A DNA stretch of 60,500 bases, the filler included, from Sphacelaria rigidula (Eukaryota), in NCBI GenBank assembly GCA_964200075.2. It is 10 parts of 10 records of this genome, joined end to end, with 100 filler letters (N's around TTAATTAATTAA, not from the genome) between each part and the next. Parts side by side here need not be neighbours in the genome. Positions count along the whole stretch, not along the records: positions 36,361 to 42,320 come from CAXNAA020023194.1; positions 42,421 to 48,380 come from CAXNAA020023195.1; positions 48,481 to 54,440 come from CAXNAA020023196.1; 7 more parts are not named here. One strand, written 5' to 3'. The translations under genes and the position numbers were made by a program. Below, piece by piece: positions 36,433-49,594 of the stretch; the first letter of the stretch is position 1, and each line of letters begins with the position of its first letter. The notes beneath the pieces were generated by a model that made no database searches, was not told where the DNA came from, and saw nothing but the letters and a program-made list of their open reading frames with translations.

Positions 36433-39400
36433 TCATGGATCTAAGCGATCCGAAGTGAAGGTACCAGGGTTTCTGGTGTTGGGATTAGAATTTTGTGACG
36501 GCCCCGTCCGCTGGTGTCTATCAGCGGAACGTTTGTTGTCGCGAGAATTTTGATCGTTCTGGCGAGGGTTTCCGTGATTGTTGTTGTGTCGGGGACCGCG
36601 ATTGGAGCTTTTGTTGCCACGTTGGTTCGAATTGCTGCGGTAATTTCGAGTTGGTGAACGATAATCGCGCATGCATTTTTGCCATCGGCGCCACGCGGGT
36701 TCGTTGTCCTGCAATTCAGGGTTCATGAGATCAAAGGCATTGATGCATGGACTGTCACAGTCGCGCATGCTGTGGCCCTGAACACTACAGTTGGTGCAAC
36801 TGTTGGCATGGCTGCTGAAGGCATTGCGTCTAGCGGAAGACGAAAGAAGTGGGTTCCACAAATTGGCGTAATCGGTTATGAATGCCGTGGTTGAAGTCAG
36901 ATAAACATCATCCCAAGTTTCCTCGGGAAACGGCCAACCGTCAAAACTCGCGCTAAATGCATCTCTGGTACTCTGAACATGCATAACTGAACCGGCGACT
37001 GAGTCGGGGGTCCATGAAGCGCGAGACGAGCTCGAACTCCTGCCTCGAGTCCCTTGGGCATGAGCGGAGGACACAGCCGTAGGTTGTGAACGCGCAGACG
37101 TTGAACGTTTGCCACGTATGGCAGGTGTTGGATTACTCTCCTGGTGTACAAAAGCAGACCACATAGTATCAACGAAGGCGTAAGGCACCTCGCGATGCGC
37201 CAAGACACCCGGAAACAACGATGGCATCAAAGCCGGATACTGTTGAGCAACGCTATTGCGAACGTAAGTCTGACACATTGCATCGCTCGGTCCATTCTGG
37301 CGTCCGACACCCGTCGTACACGAAACCAAAAGCTTAAATTTGCGGAGATAATCCGCGAAGGGGACATCAGATGCGACGACAAAAGAGCTCAGCCTCTGGA
37401 TGACGCTGGCTTGATTACGTTTATCAAAGTAACCTATGAGACGCCTTTCCAAATCAGAGAGTAGTTGCGGGCCTGTCTTCCCTTGGGAACGATCCGGATC
37501 CATCTCGACGAGGAATCCGTTGAGCACCTGCGTCAAAGAAGCAGCGAGGTCGGGAGAGCGGCGGCTGATCGATCGGTGCATTGCTTTGTGCAAGGGAATC
37601 TGCCAGCCCTCTACCCAGTCTGAGTCTTCGAAACGTTGTGTGCCAGTCACATCCGCCAAGTGAAGGATGTTACAAATAGTGCGGCGGATTGACATGATAA
37701 GGGCAGAAGTAAACTGGCCGGAATCTTCCTTATCCGCGGCAGGCATGGTTTTGATGTGCCAGAGTTTTTTCACATCCATCTGAATATACTGTCTCTGTAT
37801 TGCAGCTACTCGGGTAGACTCAGCTTGATCGGAAGCTGCTTTTTTGCTAGCTTCTGAACGTTTTTTGTCAGCTGCGGCGGTTGCTAAAGCGCGGGCTGCA
37901 GTAGAAGACAAAGGACGGACAGGTGCATCCGTATCAGACAAACCTAAAATGCAAGCCGAAACATCAGCCAACTTAGGGACCACTTGCCTGTGGGTCTCCG
38001 AGCCCGAGGCGGAAAGAGCTGCACCGGACCGGTTCCAGGCCGATGCGGATGAGCCAGATGAGTTGCCTCCGGTGTGCTTGCCTTTCGGCTTGCGGGGCGG
38101 GCGGTTTGGTCCGGAGCCGCCCGAAGAGGATCCTCCACCGCCATGGCGGCGGCGTGTATTCCCTCCATCATTATCATCGTCGTCGCGGCGGTGATTTTTC
38201 TTGTGTGCCCGACAGGTGGATGTCGCGGGAGTCCACCCATCGTCATCTTCGTTCCCGTCCCTAGTGGCGCCGGGAGGAGAGTCAGAAGCGGCGCGCCGCG
38301 CCGTAAAAAGTTTCGTGATGTGTTTAACGTAGCGCTGGATGTTCGGACCATCGCCAACAGTCGCGAGAAGGACCGATTGGCCCATGGTTATCCCCGACAC
38401 ACCTTCATCTGGGAAAAAAACACCTTGATCCACATAATCAGCAACGACGGCTAGCATGCGTTGAGAAACAAGATTCCACGCAGGGCGGGAACAATGCAGG
38501 TGATTGTTGCGGTGAAAGGGGCCGGTATATTCGGCCGCAGACCGCGAAAGCCATACTTGTTCGTGTGTGGCAAGTTGCAAGCGTTTGGTGGGGCTGGCAG
38601 TGACCGTCGGGCCAGGTGCACGGGACGGCGTGGCGGCGGCGGCTGTTGCTACAGAGGGCGCTTTGTCGGATTTGCGTGGTATGATGTAGTTCGACCTCGT
38701 GGGCTGATGAGGAGGTCGAGCTTCAAGCAAGTGGCAGGCAGAAGGCGGCGGGGAGGCTTGATGATGGGTCACCCGCGCCATCGACGATTCAACTTCTTGC
38801 GTAGTGCGCCGAACATGCTCTTGTAGCTCGCGGACCCTCCTTTGTGCCGTCAAGGCGGCAGTCTCCCCTTCCTGCAATGCTCTGTGTGCTGCCGTCTTGG
38901 TGGCTTGGGCTAGGGAAGCCTGTCGCTGAAATCCTTCAGCTTGGCTGCATGCTCCTCCGAAAGGAGGCGGGCGGCAGCCTCCTCAGCACGGCGCTGCTGG
39001 GCGAGTAGACCGCGAGTTAGCGCCGGGGCTTGGCGGTCATAGTCGCGGATGATCTGTTCTTGTTCCGCGCGAGGGCGGTCCTGGAACAGTCGCAAAACTA
39101 GCCCGGCGGGGCAATGCTCGACGCCGAGCGGAGGCAGGATCTCCACTGAAGGAGGCGAGCGCACGGAGACGTCCCCGACAGGGGCAGTGGTGGGACCGCT
39201 GTCTGCATCAGTGTCTACTGAAAGACGGGCGGCAGCAGGAGTCGGGGTCGTGTCTGCAGTGGCTGCTGCAGAAGGCGCAGTGACCACGGTAGTGGCGGCG
39301 GCAGCGGTAGTGGGAGCGGCAATGGCGGTCTCCCTCGTAGGCTCATTAGCAGCGGTAGTGCCCTTGGTGTCCATTGTTGCTGTTGCTAGGTGTCGTTCAA

Positions 39401-40756
39401 GATCTGTCAAACGTTGTTGCAGAGAACGAATAAGCGCAGCGTCGGTACGGGATGGTGGTTCGCGGTCAGTGCGTTGTCGTCGTTTGTGCGATGAGGTGCG
39501 GTCGGATCCTGCCAATGAGGATTCTGGGGTCGGTGACATGTCCGAAAATAAGTTTGGGATATCGTCAGCATATACCGTGTTATCATTGCGTACATAACGG
39601 TTGTGTGACAAAGGCTGAGCAGTAGAGATGCGCGAAGGTGCATGATCGGAGTTGTTCGAACGCGAGTTAACGCGCGAAGAACTTGATCTGGGCCGCAAGG
39701 CATCTTCGTGAGTACGGCCATGGTTAGCTATCACCGGGCGCTTTGGAGCGCGAGATGAGTTGGAAGTATGGCGTGAACTGCCTCCAAATTTGTGTCCATG
39801 AGAAATATTCTTCGGGCGTGTGGAAGCGCGCGATGAATTCAAGCTTTGCTTGGAGTGGTCCTTAGAACTGCTAGAACGGGAGACATGGTCATGACCAAAT
39901 CTCGGTGTGCGGCGCCGGTCACAAGCACGAGTATGGCTCTGTTGCGACTTCGAGGAAGGGCTGGACTTATGTTCCTTGAATTTATCATGAGTGACGAACG
40001 GAGGACGCGATGTCGCCGAACGGGTCGGTAGACGTACGAGTTTGGGCGTGGCAGGTGCAGAATCATCGTTGAATTGCACATGAGCAGACGCCGACTGGTC
40101 TTGGAGCGTGGCGTGGCAAAAAGCCGTAAATGCCTCGATGAGAGCTGGCGCTGGCAATGGCGATGACACCGAGGAGGTGCGATGCGGAGTTTGCATGGCA
40201 GCATGCATGGCCGCAACTGCAGGTCCGACATTGGACTGCGCAGTAGGGCGCATGGGACTATCAAGAGTCGTGCGATGGGGGTCCGTAACGGAGCAGCCCG
40301 TGTGACCAAGCCTCTTGCTCCAGAAGCGATGCGCTTCGTCGGGACAGAATCGTCTCGAGAGTTGTCAGCCGTTAAGCGACGGGGTGCCATGGTTGAAGCA
40401 ACCGTGGCAGGGCCGAGTTTGACACGTGTGTCCAGGGGCAACGATTCGACTGAGGGCACAATCCTGACTCCGGATTCCATATTGGGATTCGGGAGAACAG
40501 GGGCCGGCGAGGGGTGTGCGACGGAATCCACCGTTATGGGATCACTGACATGCGCGTCAGGACCCAATGACTCGGCAGGTTGCACTACCATGTTCTCTGA
40601 GTTCGGTTTGGAACGTGAGAGAGCAGGTCTCGGCGTCGAAGTCTGGTCTTCAAGCCTTGAAGAACGAGCTTCGCTCGAATGTTGGTCTTCAGATTCCGAA
40701 GAACGAACAGCGCTCGCATACGTGCGGCGATGCGTTGAAGGTGGCGTGCCGCTCAT
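36433..40756 (-). mobile_element. Long gag-like ORF1 of a retrotransposon, probably tyrosine-recombinase Ngaro/DIRS type; two frameshifts
   Basis: Three consecutive or overlapping ORFs give about 1,400 aa. Capsid-like segment (FADYLRKFKLLVS), CX2CX4HX4C knuckle CTNCSVQGHSMRDC, then an N/R-rich tail and a stop with no protease motif. RT/YR are not in the contig. Confidence 0.7.
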
Positions 40757-42253
40757 CTTGAATGATTTCGAACCGCTAGTAGTCTAGCTTGGGGTCCGGC
40801 GAAGCGATTGGTTTCCCAATTGAGGGGAGGAGCCAGCGATATTGTTGTGCGACATGACATTAGTACGCAACCTTTGTTTCAAAAAGGCAGGTGCAGTATG
40901 TCTGGTCTGTGAACTCTAATTAAAGGAACGTGACAAATGAGCTGCTACGTGCAAAAGTCGGAGCTTATATCCGGAATTACTAGATAATGAAGCCTAATAG
41001 CGCCTGGGGGTCCGTGGGATCCGATGTGCTTGAGTAATTTATTCAAGCTAATTGCTGTATGTAACAACTATGTCCGGGGTCTGGTTAGCACAGCTTTATT
41101 AAGGTTGTGGCGGTTAGGGCTATCAATGGAGCTCGGAATTGTGCACAGAACAGACGTATGTCGTCGAAGAAAAAACGAGGACCCGATTGTCTGCAGTAAC
41201 TTTGGTACGTGGAAGTCGTAAAACCTACACGTGTTCCGGGTGTGCGTCACAGGCAGACTACAGCTGTATTATCACGGGACAGGCTGAGGGGCAACTGGTG
41301 GTGTGCAACTGAAACTTTTCGCTTTCAGATGCGCACGAAAGTTGCACAGTGCGATGCAGCACAAAAGCTTTTACAAAGCTTGGGCATGGGGCCGCGAAAT
41401 CTGGCTGCTTAGTGCAGAGCGAAGGCTAGTTATCCAACGAAGTCGAGGCAACGTATGATGCACACAAAAGTTGCGCAGCAAGGACAACGCTGAGGGCGGT
41501 GCCGAAAAATGTAGTGCACAGGCAAGGGGCACCGGTTTCAGGTGCTGTTTGTTCAAATGAGCACGTAACGGAGATTGAAATGTTTCAACTAGTAGTATTT
41601 CAACGAAACCGTCTCGACACAATGAATTTGTTCGTTCGAGAAGGGGTCAAAGTTGGAAAAACTCACAGTACGTTACGCTGTGTATTGTTACTCACGGTGA
41701 CGTACCGCGTTGCCTTACGGTTGTGCGAAGTACACAAGAGGACAACAAGAACAAAGTAGCCACCAGCAACGAAGCTAAAGCTACAACAACAACAAGGTAG
41801 CTACGAGCAACGAAGCTAAAGGGCCAGAACAATCCAAAGTTCGTGTACAGATGTCCGTTATCCCACTGTGTGAGCACGGTTTGTACTTGTTCACTAATTT
41901 CGTGAAGAAAAGATACAACAGTCGCGTACAATCGATACGGAAAATAAGAGCAGCAGCGTGCCGGCTTGGCAGGAGCTCAGATCAGGAACAGCGGCTCGCG
42001 ATGAACAACAGTGCGCCTTTGTGCACTGGTGTTCTGTACAAACCTGTAGTAGAAGGCGTATTCTGTAGAAGGAAAGGGGGCCACAAGACCAAATACACGA
42101 GCCAACGATGGCTTCGTGCGGTGGTCGTACCGGGCTGGTGGATCACGAAAGATCGCAACGTACAGGCGGACCTGATACCGTGGAGCCTCGTGCAGGTGAT
42201 GTCAAATTGACAGCACGGCAGAATAGCAAGCAGTGCGCGTTGACCCCACGTGG

Positions 42254-42320
42254 GACACTTTCTACGATAGCCCCCCCCCAAAACCAGCTAAAAGTGTCAC
42301 GAAAAAAATGGCCATACAGC
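42254..42320 (+). mobile_element. GACAC-family MITE left end, truncated by contig end
   Basis: GACACTTTCTACGATAGCCCCCCCCAAAACCAGCTAAAAGTGTCACG. Confidence 0.9.
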
Positions 42321-42549
42321 NNNNNNNNNNNNNNNNNNNNNNNNNNNNNNNNNNNNNNNNNNNNTTAATTAATTAANNNNNNNNNNNNNNNNNNNNNNNN
42401 NNNNNNNNNNNNNNNNNNNNGCTTACGTAGTGAGTGGCGTGTTTCATAGCGTCATCGCCAACCGACGCCAACCCCATCGGGGGTCCGCCCCTACAAAGCC
42501 GGGACGGAGCACGCCGGGTTCTCGCCGGACCAGGCGGCGGTGGTGAGGT

Positions 42550-42665
42550 GGGGGGGGGAGCGTACTCATTTGTTGCTTGCCTTGATTGTTTTACCATTGA
42601 CCACGCATCCCTTTCAAGACGGAGCACCGCTCCTACTCCTAGTAGAGACACACTCAACATTCCGA
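42550..42665 (-). mobile_element. 5'-truncated LINE tail ending in poly(C)
   Basis: G8-AGCGTACTCATTTGTTGCTTGCCTT...GACCACGCATCCCTTTCAAGACGGAGCACCG. Confidence 0.85.
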
Positions 42666-42985
42666 CGGGATACGGGGGGTGGAAGGACAGAAACGGGGAG
42701 GAGAGGGGGAAAGTACGACCTTATATGCATCTTGCAAGCATATATTCAACAATACATGCATGGATGTTACGTGCCATGTACTTGATTATCCAGTTTTGTT
42801 TCATTCACCACTCACGTGATCAGAACATGAAAACTCTTGCTTGCTCTTACATTTGAGGAAACGGACGTGTGTACGTTTCCTAATCTTATTTTTGATCGCC
42901 ACTCCTTCACTCTTTTTTGTTTCTCGGTTGGATATCCTGGACTTTGCTTTTGTCGTTTTTTCTGTCTACTTTCGAATCGGCGCAG

Positions 42986-43150
42986 GTCCCCCGGTTTCCT
43001 AACTCTGAGCGTCGCGGACAATATCGAGCCGAAGCTGTGGTGGCTGCGAGACAAGCTGGAGATGACTCTGGAGGATGCGGGAAAATTGGTGGGGAATTAC
43101 CCCAACCTATTGAGTCTCAGTATTGAGGAATCGCTGGAGCCCAAGCTTTG
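42986..43150 (+). CDS. mTERF-repeat protein, internal exon A
   Basis: CGCAG|G...TG|GTGAGT; SPGFLTLSVADNIEPKLWWLRDKL...YPNLLSLSIEESLEPKL is a typical mTERF repeat. Confidence 0.9.
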
Positions 43151-43884
43151 GTGAGTAGTCGTCGTGTTCTGGTCCTTGCTACGGGAAGGGGGCGGTTGCA
43201 GGGGGGAGGGGGTGTTCTCATGATGTGGCATGCCGTAGTCATATGACCGTTGACCTCGCATCCCTGCAAAGCCGGGACGGAGCACGCCGGTTTTTTGCCG
43301 GACCAGGCTCGCACTCAATCACGAAGCGCGAAGCGCCGTAGTGTGTTGAGCGAGTCGCATGAAGAGTGAATTGCATCCTGGTAAGATTGTTCGACCCGGA
43401 GCGTTGTGATTATCTTGCATTTGAATGACAGACTCCAATGACTTTCTTCATTTTCTGGTATCGCCACTTCCAGAAACAGTCACGGCTGATACACTGCCTC
43501 ATGAGTGTCTCACCATTTCAACATAGTGTCATCATCCCCTTTGCGCGGGGTTCGGGTTCTCTACCCCGCATGATGTGGTCTAGCTCGACCACCATCATAG
43601 TTACCACAACCAATCGCGAGCGAGACGAGAAGCGATAACGTGGCTGCCTAGCTGGCTAATGAAGTGGCGTTTTTGCAGCGCCACCGACGGCAACCGTAGG
43701 AGGAGGGGGAGTCGAGAGGGGAGGGCAAAATATAAACTATGTAGCCCAAACATGAATTTTCGACACGTTATTTCAAGTTTCGGTTGTGGGGGGTCATGTA
43801 TGCTCAGAAGCAGAGAACAGTCTCGGGTTCGTTCCTGAGCGATTGACAACCACGCATCTATTCTCGTGAAGGGTAGAAGATTCT

Positions 43885-45125
43885 GAGGAGGGGGGGGGGG
43901 GGGGCGTACTCATTTGTTGCTTGCCTTAGTGATTTGACCATNNNNNNNNNNAGAAACAACACAAGGGTTCATATCAGAGCGAAAGAAAACCGGGAGCTTA
44001 TTCCGGGAAAGAGCAAAAAACAATGGGGGGGGGGGGGGGGGGCGTACTCATTTGTTGCTTGCCTTAGTCATTTGACCATTGACCAACCCAGATTCTGAGG
44101 AGGGGGGAATACTCATTTGTTGGCTTGCCTCGGTCATTTGATCATTGTCCTCACATCCCTACAATGCTGGGACGGAGCACCGTTCCTCGTCTTGACGGAA
44201 AAACCTACAAAATTTGGGCGCTCATCACATTTCTTCCATACCTGACACAAAACCTTATACAAATCTTGCCTCCTTCCTGTCTCGCCGTTTGTGGCCACCA
44301 TCTTTCTCCCAGTATAACCATCGTTTCCTCGCTACTCTCGGAAACGATTTATGCCACCTTCGTTTACTTCCTCCATTTCCCCTTCAAACACGTCCCATTC
44401 CTCCTTGTGTACTTCACTTTTCGCCACTAAATGAGTTTCACTCTCCATCGCTGTGCCACAGCGGCAATTCTGTGCGTCAACTTTTTCCTCCACTCAACTG
44501 CTGGTATACCTCCCACTTTCTGGTAGGTCCAGGCCCCCGACCCGAAATCGCACTCTCAGCTTTTTCGCGGAGTCCGTCGGTCCGTGCAGATATCTTTCAC
44601 GTTTCAGACAAATAATCGCCGGTTCCAATCATCAAACCTACGATTTTTCGGGCCTGATTGCTCGAAAGAGAAAGAAGTTGACCGCTGGTCAACAAGGTTT
44701 GCACGATATGTTTGCGCCATTCCACGTGCCTGGGCTGCGCATACCTGGTTCACAACGCTGAGAACAACGCTTGAGGATTCATTCGTACGGTACGAACCGG
44801 TTATATTAAAATCAAGTAGATTCCATATGAATCATTTTTCGTCCGAACCTTGATATGTTTTCATCCCAGCCCCTCTCTCCACCCCCCCCGTACATCTTCA
44901 GGTGCTCCCCCTCGTCTACTTTTCGTCTCTGCGTTTCTCCACCCTTAGTTCTATCATACCTCTTACCCTTGTCTTGTACTAAAGGGAGGGAGGGGACGTA
45001 CTCATTTGTTGCTTGCCTTTGTCGTTTGACTATTGACCACGCATCCCTACCGAGACGGAGCATACTCAGGGGAGGGGAGGGGCGTACTCACTTGTTGCTA
45101 TCCTCAGTCGTTTGATCATTGACTT
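43885..45125 (-). mobile_element. Cluster of at least five 5'-truncated LINE 3' ends in the mTERF intron
   Basis: (G)n-CGTACTCATTTGTTGCTTGCC-type motif at about 43905, 44043, 44110, 44997 and 45083; the 44101-44560 copy extends into the ORF C-terminus. A 10-N gap lies at 43942-43951. Confidence 0.88.
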
Positions 45126-45583
45126 CAGGGGAGGGGGGGGACAAGCGTATAGCGGTGTCCTCAGATGTCAAACAATTTCAAGATACCCGGGTGACCGACA
45201 GCAAACCTATATCAATAGGAGGGGGTGGGGAGGGAGCAAACGCATCGTCATGATGTTGACCCAAGTCTTAGCTGTGGAGACCATTGACGGCGGGTCGTCG
45301 CAGGGATGGAGGGGTGACGTGGGGGGTTATTTTCGGCCAGCCGGTTGAGCGCTCATGGCAATTGTCCCGGGTTTGTGTCCGCTGATGGTCTCACGACGTT
45401 CTAGATATATTAGCAGGCATAGGGGTACGCTGAGTGAACATGAGAGGCTACAGTAGCACGGCTTGCACGCCACAAAATTTCTTGGGCCAAATTTGCTGCC
45501 GGCAACTTATATGTCAAAGATTGGGGGGTGGAAAGGTTGGATGCACCCCCCTCCCCCCCCCCCTTCCCCCCACCTTCATGCAT

Positions 45584-46760
45584 GAATGGCAGTATAACGT
45601 AGGGAACACGCGAAGGAAAATATTGCAAGTCATGGTTGATGGGGATGTATGGAAGAAAATGGCGAAAGGGCAGGCTGGAATCAGGTGGAATAGCGTAGTC
45701 CAGAAAGTATGGAAGGAAGTGAGAGGAATCCAAGACGAGACAACGTCCATAGGTGCATGCGGGGGGTACAAGACAAAAGTGAGAGACATGATCGAAATAA
45801 GGGACATACAAACATTTAGCCGGAAAAGTAGAGGAGGAAGAGGACCTGAAGAGGTAGGGGGGGGGATTGATAAAGGGGGGCTAGGGATGAAAACATATCG
45901 GAATGGCCCAATGGATTTCGTGAAAAGGTTGAAAGTGCTTTTCGTAGAACTCGAAAATGGTTTGTCGTAGCGCACTCATTAACCAGTTAAATGGTACATA
46001 ATGGTTTGGTCATCGAGCGGCGCAGCCGCGAGCCAAAAAGCTCCCCCGGCAGAGGGGGCCCCGCCAGAGGCGCCCTCGGGGGGGGGCGCTGGAGGCGCCG
46101 TGCCGGAGGCACGTTTTTACGCGATTTGGCTTCACGTGGGCTTACAGATACGCTGAATTTGGGGCAGTTTTCAAGGGTTGTATGTAGCATACGTACCCGG
46201 TGACGGCTTATAAAGCCGCTAACGGCAAATAATGGTTTGAAACCATTATCCAATTTTTTCATAGAACCATTACCATTATTACGATTATAATGATAATGGC
46301 CAGTTATAACTGGTATCATTTCCGAGCTCTAGCTTTTCGGGTGGGGGACCTGGACCTGCCAGAAAGAAGATAGAGGTATACCAGTGGTCGAGTGAAGGAG
46401 GAAATAGACGCACAGAATTGCCCTTGTGACAATGCAATAGAGAGCAGAACTCAAATAGTGGCAGAATGTGAACTATGCAAACAGGAACGGGTCGTGTTGA
46501 AGGGGGAAATGTCGGAACTATACAAAGGTGGGATAAAATCGTTTGGTATATTAGACAGCAGCGAGATAACGATCGCTATACCAGGTGATGGATGGTGACC
46601 ACAAACGATGCTGTTTTAAGGTTTTTATATAATGTAATAAACGTGATGAGCGCCCAAATGGTGGAGATTTCTCCGTCAAGACTCAGAACGGTGCTCCGTC
46701 TCGAAAGGGATGCGCGGTCAATGGTCAAACGACGAAGGCAAAGCAAAAATATGAGGACAC
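45584..46760 (+). mobile_element. LINE 3' portion (ORF C-terminus with Cys motif, plus 3' end), split by a hAT MITE
   Basis: WQYNV...GIRWNSVVQKVWKE...NCPCDNAIESRTQIVAECELC, followed by CGGTGCTCCGTCTCGAAAGGGATGCG, the same tail as the short copies. Confidence 0.88.
45945..46331. mobile_element. hAT-type MITE (387 bp), 8-bp TSD GCTTTTCG
   Basis: GCTTTTCG|TAGAACTCGAAAATG...CATTTCCGAGCTCTA|GCTTTTCG. Confidence 0.93.
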
Positions 46761-46875
46761 TTTCATGCATGATTTTGTAAAAATCAACGACAACAGCCCA
46801 GTCCATTCTTGCCCTATTCGCTCTGGTCTACTATTTGCTAATCTCTTCTTGCTTTTGTCTTCTGTCTCCCGCAAG

Positions 46876-46942
46876 GTGGGCGCGCGATGATCTTGAGCTG
46901 AACCGTCCGGATGCCGCTTCGGTGCTCAGGCGTTGCCCACAG
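46876..46942 (+). CDS. mTERF-repeat protein, internal exon B
   Basis: Pyrimidine tract-CAAG|G...CAG|GTATCG; phase matches exons A and C; (W)WARDDLELNRPDAASVLRRCPQ. Confidence 0.88.
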
Positions 46943-47600
46943 GTATCGCATGTTCAGTTGTTCGTCAGCGAAATCAGGTTTCGGAGCCATCCACAGCAGG
47001 GAGAAAATGTATCGACCATATTATTTGTCAAAAATGGCTACTTGTGACGTCGCTTGAAGGCAGTGATTGGGTACCGAAGATAAGCTCTCACAATGTCGGT
47101 ATTCAACGGCATTTTGGTAACTTTCAAGGCGACAATAAAACCGCGAATTTGCGTAAATATAATGGGTTTTCGTTATTCTTAGCGACGATTAATCTACAGT
47201 CCCTCTACCGCGAGATGGCTCTTTGCTCCTGCTTTGTCACCAGCGGCCAGCTGTTGAAGCTCTGGCAAAGGTTTACGTGCCTTGAGTACGTCTACAGTGT
47301 GACCATGGATTGTTTCCTGGGGGAATAAATTCACATCCGATAATCAATCAATCGATTAATCAACCATAGGTGCGGCGGGATGTGGACATGGGCGTCCGCA
47401 TTGCGTGTGGAATGGAACGCACGATGATGCTCTATAGTAAATCTTTTGCGAGCAGGGGATGGGGGATGGGGGGTTGCCAACCTTTTTCAAATCAAACATG
47501 AGTCATAATTCAAGGATTGGTTCACTAACGCATCGCAACATGTATGTGTGTGTGTGTCACGCGCACCCTCTTTGGGGAAACGGTTTTCGTTCTCCTACAG

Positions 47601-47786
47601 ATATTCGGCTCCAGCTTGGATGATACCCTGAAACCCAAGATCGCTTGGTTGGCGATGAGACTCAAAACCACGAAGAAGAGGGTGATCAAAATGGTGCTGA
47701 AATATCCGCCAATGTTGTCATATAGCATCGATGACAATCTGGCACCCACCATTGATTTCTTCGAGCAGGAGATGGGTGCTGTTGAG
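47601..47786 (+). CDS. mTERF-repeat protein, internal exon C
   Basis: TACAG|...GAG|GTAAGT; IFGSSLDDTLKPKIAWL...YPPMLSYSIDDNLAPTIDFF. Confidence 0.92.
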
Positions 47787-47789
47787 GTA

Positions 47790-47962
47790 AGTATGTGTGT
47801 ATGTGGATGTTTGTATGTATATATGTGGGTGTATGTATGTATGTACGTATGTATGTATGTATGTATGTATGTATGTATGTATGTATGTATGTATGTATGT
47901 GTATGTGCATGTACTTGTGTATGTGTATGTACTTGTGTATGTGTATATACTTGTGTATGTAT
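47790..47962. repeat. (GTAT)n microsatellite and degenerate flanks
   Basis: Directly visible. Confidence 0.95.
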
Positions 47963-48253
47963 CACATACATGCTTGCGTGCCTGTGTGTGTCGTGTCAGT
48001 TTTACTACCCGGGTATGTTCATTTTATTGTCTCATGTCCTTAACGGTGTCGTGGGACAAGCTCTCGTGAACGGCGCTCGGTGTGCTAGAGTAAAATTGTC
48101 AATATTTCTGTGTACGAAAAAGTCGTTAATCACTGCTTCAGTTCATCGAATGGTCTTGCCAAGAATGTGCAGTATGTCGTCCTGTCTATTGTGCTATAGA
48201 AACGCGGCACCAGACCCGGCGCCGCGAAACGAGTACCTGCTATGCTCTGGTTA

Positions 48254-48380
48254 TTATTGTTATTGTTATTGTTATTGTTATTGTTATTGTTATTGTTATT
48301 GTTATTGTTATTGTTATTGTTATTGTTATTGTTATTGTTATTGTTATTGTTATTGTTATTGTTATTGTTATTGTTATTGT
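48254..48380. repeat. (TTATTG)n microsatellite running to contig end
   Basis: Directly visible. Confidence 0.97.
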
Positions 48381-48890
48381 NNNNNNNNNNNNNNNNNNNN
48401 NNNNNNNNNNNNNNNNNNNNNNNNTTAATTAATTAANNNNNNNNNNNNNNNNNNNNNNNNNNNNNNNNNNNNNNNNNNNNGCAAACCAACCCTTGGAACC
48501 CCCCCCCCCCCCCCCCCCCCCCTCCCCCCGCCCCCGCCACGCCCCCAGGAAAAAAACTCGCCTTTTCTCCCACATGAGACTTAAGTGCACTATCAATCTT
48601 CCAGAAGTACGGCGGCCTCCGCCGTTGAGAACGTCGAGGCTGGAACAATGGTTGCAGAACCTGGTGCTACCCTACCCTTTCGTTCACTTTTTTTAGTGTC
48701 CATCTTCTCGATCGGGGTATCTCTCGTTGGCAAGATCTCGGTCAGACCTGTCGATGAGCAAGATCTACTCCTTCCACGGTGCAGACAGGCTCTTGCGTTC
48801 CGAGAAAGTTGTACTTGAAAAGGGACTTCGGGGGTGGCGGTGACCCCAGTACTTACGATATGCCACCTGGGACTATTATCCCTTTTAGTC

Positions 48891-49138
48891 GACACTTTCT
48901 ACGATATCCCCCCTCCAAATGTGCATGGTTTTGGGAGGCAAAATCTTCAAGTAAATCGAAATGGGAAAAGCCGAGCACAATGAGAAAATCGGAATTCCCA
49001 CGGTTGGGTTCGTTCTAGCCAATGTTGCCAATATGAGGCGCTTCATATAGCCTGAACCAGAACATCAGGCGCTGTATGGCCATTTTCGTCGTAACGCAAT
49101 TAGCTGGTTTTGGGGGGGGGGCTATCGTAGAAAGTGTC
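48891..49138 (-). mobile_element. GACAC-family MITE (248 bp), TSD AGTC
   Basis: AGTC|GACACTTTCTACGATA...TATCGTAGAAAGTGTC|AGTC; reverse complement of 12139-12386. Confidence 0.95.
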
Positions 49139-49594
49139 AGTCTTGATTATGCCAAAGCTTGAATTTCGTTGCAAGCCAACCCTAAGTTTTCACATGACCG
49201 GTCACAAGATAACACGAGTCGTTGCGTTTACTCCGTGTGGGCCTTTTCTCAACGAAGCTGCAAGCTTTACGGCCTGCTCCGGTCTCGTAGGGCGCTTGTG
49301 GTGAATACCTAAAAAGTAAAAAAACGGATTTTCTCAGTCAGCCTGCAAGAACTACTCCTGATGACTCGCCCCTTTTTTTCACGCGCGAGCTAGCGAGAGA
49401 GGAACGATACATCACCTACCGCCGGGTGGAGAAAGGATCGACGAAAATAAAAAATAAAAAACATCAAAACAATAGACAGCGGGAAGCCGGCTGCGAAAAT
49501 AAACAATCGATCGACGAACCCTTCATCCCCCACCCACTCCCACCCACCCGAAAGAAAAAGAAGAAAATATCACGCCTTAATATCTGAACCTTAC

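Noticed and set aside
47787..48428. Cys/Tyr-rich extension of ORF 47544-48428
   Set aside because: Intron microsatellites downstream of the GTAAGT donor.
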